A stretch of DNA of 32,000 bases, taken from the NCBI RefSeq assembly GCF_000195975.1, contig NC_005070.1, positions 600,001 through 632,000 on the forward strand. The letters are read 5' to 3'. The position numbers were made by a program, and so were the translations under genes. Below, piece after piece: positions 27,350 through 32,000 of the stretch (position 1 is the stretch's first letter; each line of letters starts with the position of its first letter). The notes under the pieces are model-generated. The model was given only the letters and a program-made list of their open reading frames with translations. It was not told where the DNA came from and ran no database searches. This DNA comes from Parasynechococcus marenigrum WH 8102 (lineage in GTDB: Bacteria; Cyanobacteriota; Cyanobacteriia; PCC-6307; Cyanobiaceae).

Positions 27350-28254
27350 TGATTGTTCTTGCTTGCCAGTTTGAGAAGTTGTCGTACTAGTGCAGGGAAT
27401 AGCCCCCCTTTGTCAGAAGTTATGACCTCTAATTGTCTTTCTGTCTCGCTCATGTTCGTTCCTGACTCTTGACTCACTACCTCATCATGATCCCCTCTTA
27501 GATTATGATCTTCTATCTCTGGCTTATTAGATATCGGTTGATCCGATAAGGATTCTTTTAACTCTTTGTTCTCTTCTACAAGGAGTGCATATTTAGCTCT
27601 TTGTTTTCTTAGAGATTTTTGCAGTCGTTCGTTTTCCCGCACAAGGCAATCATAGTTACTTTGCATCTGCGTTAATTGATTTAAACTATTTTCAACTTCT
27701 TCAAAACTTGCTTCGCGGTCTAGGTTGACCTCCCACCAGTCCATGAGTGCGAGATCAATCAATGAGCCTTGGCTCAACCTTTGTAGATAGTTGCTGTCAG
27801 CTTCCAGGCCAAATAAGTGTGATTTTAGTTCTAGATCAAGGTAAATATCAATAATTCTTGGTTCTTTTCTCGCAATCTCTAGGCTTAGTAAGCTTGAAAG
27901 GGACTTGGGGCTGGGAAAGTTAATACTTTTATCTAGCAGTGGATTCTCACCATTACAAAGTCTTATGATTGATGTACTGTCAAGTGAATTCAGGCGCCAA
28001 CTTGACGAGATATTTTTGTATTTTGCAGATAACAAGGATAACTCTTCATAATATGCGCGAATTTCATTGCATGTTGTTGCGGTGCTTTCTTCGAGTCGTT
28101 TTTGTTCAAGCACTTGATTGGGAGCCGAATAAATTAATAGCACATTTTGAGGTTCATTATCAGAATTGATCGATGTAAGTGGTTTAAGTCCTGCTTTGGC
28201 TAGTTTGTCTCTTAGCGATGAAAGAATATTTGTTGTCGAATACCAGTACTGCAT
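27346..28254 (-). CDS. Hypothetical protein with C-terminal coiled coil, translationally coupled to the 980-aa glycosyltransferase
   Basis: 302 aa from ATG 28254, which is preceded by AGGA about 7-10 nt upstream; the track uses GTG 28308. Heptad-like region EEVENSLNQLTQMQSNYDCLVRENERLQKSLRKQRAKYALLVEENKELKESL. Its stop overlaps the GT start as ATGA (27346-27349). No family recognised. Confidence 0.6.
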   Translation of the reverse strand: MQYWYSTTNILSSLRDKLAKAGLKPLTSINSDNEPQNVLLIYSAPNQVLEQKRLEESTATTCNEIRAYYEELSLLSAKYKNISSSWRLNSLDSTSIIRLCNGENPLLDKSINFPSPKSLSSLLSLEIARKEPRIIDIYLDLELKSHLFGLEADSNYLQRLSQGSLIDLALMDWWEVNLDREASFEEVENSLNQLTQMQSNYDCLVRENERLQKSLRKQRAKYALLVEENKELKESLSDQPISNKPEIEDHNLRGDHDEVVSQESGTNMSETERQLEVITSDKGGLFPALVRQLLKLASKNNQ

Positions 28255-28280
28255 TTGATTCCTGATCCTTACACGCAGTC

Positions 28281-28286
28281 TATAAT
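28281..28286 (+). promoter_or_regulatory. Consensus -10 hexamer TATAAT in the divergent control region
   Basis: Exact TATAAT at 28281-28286, 22 nt upstream of ATG 28309. No good -35 at 17-bp spacing (attcct); TTGATT lies at 20-bp spacing. It overlaps the alternative ATG 28285. Confidence 0.2.
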
Positions 28287-29415
28287 GCAGAAAGCTCTCG
28301 AAGCTCACATGACGTCCAGTCTATGCCTAAGTGTATTAATAGGCTGTCCCGCCTCACCAACGCTTCTCCCTGAAAACCCTTGTTTGATTATTAATGCCGA
28401 GTCAATCGATAGGAAAGAATTGATTGCTCAGGAATCTTTTTGTGCACATTATCGTGAATTGTCGGCCGACGATGTAGTACTCCTCAATCAGACGGTGATA
28501 TCAGAACTTGATCATCAGATTGTTGAATGGCATAGTTTCTCAGACAGGCGATTTAATGGGCCTTCTCAATTATCAGAATTTTCCGAACAATATCCAAACT
28601 TAAGATTAGTTGAGAGCAGGAAGATTGAAGGGATCACTCTTTCTACTGTATTGGTGGATCAAAAAAGTCTTTCAGATCCACTTTCAACCTTTGAGCTTAT
28701 TTTACGTGAGGGTGATCCGTTAGTTGTTCTTCAAAGTGCAAAGGAGTGGTTGGCCCGATGTACTCGCATCACTTTGCGTGGTTTAGTCACTAGCTCTAAA
28801 TCTCGTGAGGCTGCTGAGGCATTTTTGGGGGCATCGGGCTTTTGCAAATCATCGGTTGATTCTTGTGTATGGACTCCTGAGCTTGAGGTGTCGTCACTGC
28901 ATCTATCCTTAATCAGATGTGGTTTGTTGGCCTTATTTAATGCTGATGTCTATCGAGAACTATATCCTCAGACGCAGGAAATGACAGATGTTGAACTGAT
29001 TGACCACTGGTTATCACAGCCTGATTTTCGAGATGTATCTAAAATAATGAAAGATGCTACTCAACGTAATCCAACTCCTCTCGCTGAATTGACGGACCAA
29101 GATCCCGCACTTCAGTTGTTGCAGAACATTTTTCCTTTTGATTTTTATCGTTCTCAAAGAACAGATCTCTCACAGATCCCTAACAGAGAGTTGATCAATC
29201 ACTATTGGACACATGGGCAATATGAGGGAATTGATCTCTCGGAATCAAATGTCAAAAATGTTCTCGGTAAAGATCAATCTTTGCAAGTCAACCGACTGAA
29301 TACTCGTATTCATGAACTAGAGCATCTTTTATCGTGCGCTAACGCACAGATTAGTGCAATGCAGAAATTGATTGTTAGTTCACGAGATTCGGGAGCTACC
29401 AATGAACAATACTGA
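28285..29415 (+). CDS. Hypothetical protein with two copies of a glycan-enzyme-associated F-x-x-x-Y...ELI-x-H motif and a coiled-coil tail
   Basis: The start is ambiguous (TTG 28255, ATG 28285, ATG 28309). From ATG 28285 the N-terminus MQKALEAHMTSSLCLSVLIGC carries a lipobox-like LIGC. The middle region weakly resembles the C-terminal half of FkbM-type methyltransferases (ITLSTVL..., FELILREGDPLVVLQSAKEWL) without a SAM-binding glycine motif. Confidence 0.6.
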   Translation: MQKALEAHMTSSLCLSVLIGCPASPTLLPENPCLIINAESIDRKELIAQESFCAHYRELSADDVVLLNQTVISELDHQIVEWHSFSDRRFNGPSQLSEFSEQYPNLRLVESRKIEGITLSTVLVDQKSLSDPLSTFELILREGDPLVVLQSAKEWLARCTRITLRGLVTSSKSREAAEAFLGASGFCKSSVDSCVWTPELEVSSLHLSLIRCGLLALFNADVYRELYPQTQEMTDVELIDHWLSQPDFRDVSKIMKDATQRNPTPLAELTDQDPALQLLQNIFPFDFYRSQRTDLSQIPNRELINHYWTHGQYEGIDLSESNVKNVLGKDQSLQVNRLNTRIHELEHLLSCANAQISAMQKLIVSSRDSGATNEQY

Positions 29416-30703
29416 TCAGATACTTGCCTGTCGCGTCTTGGCGAATGATTATTTATCAGGAAGATGGCAGAAAGTTACCAATACAGTACGTTCTCTGAAC
29501 GATTCAGCTGAATGTCGTAATTGTTCCACTTTCAGTGACTTCGCGCGATTTCTTTTAAGTTTATCTCCTTCTGAAATTTTGAAGGAGGATTGGAAGCCTG
29601 CTTTAGTGCCACAACGTACCTCTTTTACTGAGGCACGTCTTCGGTACTGCGCAACTCATTTGCTTGGTGCTTGTAATAATTTTGCGTGCAGAAATGATCA
29701 ACAATATCGCTATAGGCTTCAATTATTTTGCCTTAGCTTAAGTGACTTGCTCAAATCTGATGCTGATTTTATACTCATTTCTGATATATTTTCATTTTCC
29801 GACTCTTTCATATCACTTAGTCAGAGTATCCGTATATTCTATTTGGCTTATAGGCGTCGTTTGCATGAGTCATTTCCTCAACAGATGACGGTTGTTTTAG
29901 GGATGCACCGTAGTGGAACATCAGCGTTAACTGGACTGCTTGGTAATTTTGGTATTTCAGGACCTAATGATCCATTAGGTGCCACCGAAAATAATCTGTT
30001 GGGCTATTGGGAATCTACTTCTTTAGTCACTTCTTCTGATCAATTTTTGTTGTCTCAACATAGCCATTGGTCGCAACTTTACCACTGGTCTTTTGGTTGG
30101 TGGAAATCAGCGGCGGCTCTAGACTGGATTGATTCTTATTGGCACGATTTGCAAAATGCTTACAATACGAATGAACACTTTGTCTTGAAAGATCCTCGCC
30201 TTTGTATTCTGTTCGAGGGCATGATTCCATGTCTAGTTGAGTCTCTAGTGCAGTTAGATTTTTTGTTGATATTACGTTCTCCTGTTGAGGTTGTTATTTC
30301 TTTGTGCAAGGCAGAAAAAATCTCTCCATACGACGCTCTTAATTTGTGGATTGGCTCAGTATTTCGCGCAGAATGTATGTCACGTCCGTATTCTCGCAAT
30401 ATTCTCACGTACTACCAGCTCCTTAATAGTCCACAAGCTATTGTGGATTCATTGGGCCTGAGCTGGAATCCAAGCCTTATGGAATCAAGGCTTGATCAAG
30501 CAACATCTTTTTTAAGACCCTCATTGTACCGAACCAAGGTTGATAACGTAAGGGAATCGTTTGTGGCTACAAATCCTGAGTTGACTAGTCTTCTTGTTTT
30601 GGCTGAACAGATTTTTGATTGTTTTCAATATCCAACCCCAGATATTGCTCTTACATCAGAGAAATTAAAGTACCAGTGGCTCGAAATCTTGGCAGATCGT
30701 TAG
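29402..30703 (+). CDS. Sulfotransferase (P-loop-type GMHRSGTS family) fused to an unknown ~165-aa N-terminal domain
   Basis: PAPS-binding-like motif VVLGMHRSGTSALTGLL (nt about 29901-29924 encodes GMHRSGTS), followed by LGYWES. ATG 29402 overlaps the upstream gene by 14 nt. Confidence 0.8.
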   Translation: MNNTDQILACRVLANDYLSGRWQKVTNTVRSLNDSAECRNCSTFSDFARFLLSLSPSEILKEDWKPALVPQRTSFTEARLRYCATHLLGACNNFACRNDQQYRYRLQLFCLSLSDLLKSDADFILISDIFSFSDSFISLSQSIRIFYLAYRRRLHESFPQQMTVVLGMHRSGTSALTGLLGNFGISGPNDPLGATENNLLGYWESTSLVTSSDQFLLSQHSHWSQLYHWSFGWWKSAAALDWIDSYWHDLQNAYNTNEHFVLKDPRLCILFEGMIPCLVESLVQLDFLLILRSPVEVVISLCKAEKISPYDALNLWIGSVFRAECMSRPYSRNILTYYQLLNSPQAIVDSLGLSWNPSLMESRLDQATSFLRPSLYRTKVDNVRESFVATNPELTSLLVLAEQIFDCFQYPTPDIALTSEKLKYQWLEILADR

Positions 30704-30731
30704 CAAACGCTTCTGTAAATAACTTTGCAGC

Positions 30732-32000
30732 CTACTGTCGCAGATAGTAATCTTTCATCCTCCTGAAATTGGACCTCAGTTCAATTCCTTGCTTGACGCT
30801 TTCTGGTGAAGTGTTAATACTAAAGTCTTCATGAATCTTTGTTAGATTTGGATTGTAAAATAAATCACTTGGTAGCTCCCCATTGCTTTGAATGTCGTAT
30901 TGATTTAGCATGAAGTTTATCTCTCTCTTGAAACGTTCTTTCTTTTCGGGAGAATCTTCAGTTCCGCGGGATATTGATTCGTGGTGAAACAGCTCAGCAT
31001 ACGGGGTGAAAATATTTCGATATCCTCTTGCGTGAACCCTCATGCAAAAGTCGACATCGTTAAATGCGATTGTGAGGTCTTGTTCATTGAGGCCGCCTAC
31101 CTCGTTGAAAATTTCTCTGCGAATTGCGAGACATGCTGCAGTTACTGCTGTCATCTGTTGAACATATTGAAGTCTGTCGACATAACCCGGACTATCTCCC
31201 GGAAAGTACTTATGGGCATGACCGGCGACTTGGCCAATTCCAATAACTACACCTCCATGCTGAATAGTCCTATTTGAATAGTATAACTTTGCACCGACAC
31301 ATCCAACATCTGGCCTTGAAGTGTGGGAAACAATTTCTTGGAGCCATTTGCTAGAGATGACCTCGACATCATTGTTTACCAGGACAACAATATCTGCTGT
31401 TGATTTTCTGACTGCATAATTATTGATGGCCGAGTAGTTGAACTTCTTGTTGTATTTTATGATGTTTATTTTTTCGCCGTGCACCCTCTTCAGATTCTTG
31501 AATAGATTCTTTGTGGCGACTTCTTCGCTCTGATTGTCAACTACGGTGATTGTATAGTTCGTGTAGGTCGTCTTGGTAATGATTGAATCCACTGCGAGAT
31601 TTAATACCTCTGCTTGATCTCGAGTGGGGATAATGAGCTCAACAGAGGGTGACTTATCTGGTATGTGCCACTGGCAGGTGAATCGGTTCTTGGCCTTGAT
31701 TCGGGCTGTCGCCCTTACGCCTCCACGTCGATGCTGCTCGTCCAGGAAATGCTGGACTGCCTTATGACCGCTTTCAGTTGTGTAATCCTTGCTGTCTGGG
31801 TTGCTGGCGGTTGATTCGGAATGTGCTCGCCAGTGGTACAAGACTCTAGGGATGTGAATAATTTGGTCCGGGGAAGATTCCAGGACAGTCCTGAGTGCAA
31901 GATCGTGATCTTGGCTTCCCTCGAAGCCAACTCGGAAGCCACCAATTTGTTTGAGGATCTCCCTTCTGTAAACACCCAAGTGTGAGATGAAATTGTAAGA
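30732..32000 (-). CDS. Tandem GT2-family glycosyltransferase, N-terminus outside the window
   Basis: The frame is open to base 32000 (SYNFISH precedes the track TTG at 31979). The tail of a first GT2 domain is GVYRREILKQIGGFRVGFEGSQDHDLALR. A complete second GT2 domain follows (VELIIPTRD, VVDNQS, FNYSAINN, VVLVNNDVEV, FNDVDFCMR). Confidence 0.9.
   Translation of the reverse strand, partial: SYNFISHLGVYRREILKQIGGFRVGFEGSQDHDLALRTVLESSPDQIIHIPRVLYHWRAHSESTASNPDSKDYTTESGHKAVQHFLDEQHRRGGVRATARIKAKNRFTCQWHIPDKSPSVELIIPTRDQAEVLNLAVDSIITKTTYTNYTITVVDNQSEEVATKNLFKNLKRVHGEKINIIKYNKKFNYSAINNYAVRKSTADIVVLVNNDVEVISSKWLQEIVSHTSRPDVGCVGAKLYYSNRTIQHGGVVIGIGQVAGHAHKYFPGDSPGYVDRLQYVQQMTAVTAACLAIRREIFNEVGGLNEQDLTIAFNDVDFCMRVHARGYRNIFTPYAELFHHESISRGTEDSPEKKERFKREINFMLNQYDIQSNGELPSDLFYNPNLTKIHEDFSINTSPESVKQGIELRSNFRRMKDYYLRQ

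Larger units (their letters stand above)
22180..32000. other. Lower-GC genomic island (surface-polysaccharide export, glycosylation and sulfation genes); continues beyond the window
   Basis: Abrupt compositional change right after the DUF1997 stop. Hand counts of single sample lines gave about 40% GC at 27001-27060 versus about 68% at 17101-17160; these are illustrative only. All genes in the island are glycan-related or unknown. Confidence 0.7.

Noticed and set aside
31977-31979. TTG at 31979 as the start of the last glycosyltransferase
   Set aside because: The frame stays open to the window edge. The residues before it (SYNFISH) continue a GT2 domain, so the gene is truncated by the window rather than starting here.

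Overview
The window reads as a compact, high-GC picocyanobacterial core chromosome segment interrupted by three visibly lower-GC patches. The marine-Synechococcus-like assignment is an inference from the split rpoC2, an HLIP gene, ycf35/DUF2997, gene content and composition. Core genes are: the 3' part of rpoC2, a 50-aa high-light-inducible protein ORF missing from the ORF track, rlmN, a sodium:solute symporter, a HEAT-repeat protein, a DUF2997-ycf35-ferredoxin-aldo/keto reductase cluster, rsmG, a J-domain protein plus DUF3143, a minus-strand biotin operon, a BASS transporter, a Ski2-like helicase, fumC and DUF1997. The biotin operon runs bioF-esterase-bioC-bioD-[51-aa ORF] ... bioA, with the genes from bioF through the 51-aa ORF chained by ATGA stop/start overlaps. 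The lower-GC patches are: (i) 3.03-3.79 kb, a lone type-2 sulfotransferase whose 3' end runs into rlmN. (ii) About 5.7-6.6 kb, a KpsT-like ABC ATPase homologue in which every catalytic motif appears to be replaced. (iii) 22.2 kb to the window end, an island with kpsM/kpsE-like export genes, a 980-aa GT2+RgpF enzyme, a second tandem-GT2 enzyme, a second sulfotransferase fused to an unknown domain, and two unassignable proteins. Together the patches look like a dispersed, horizontally acquired system for making and exporting a sulfated surface glycan whose only visible ATPase is catalytically dead. That is the most interesting hypothesis here. No rRNA, tRNA, CRISPR array, transposase or integrase was recognised. 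All family calls are by-eye motif recognition and no searches were run.
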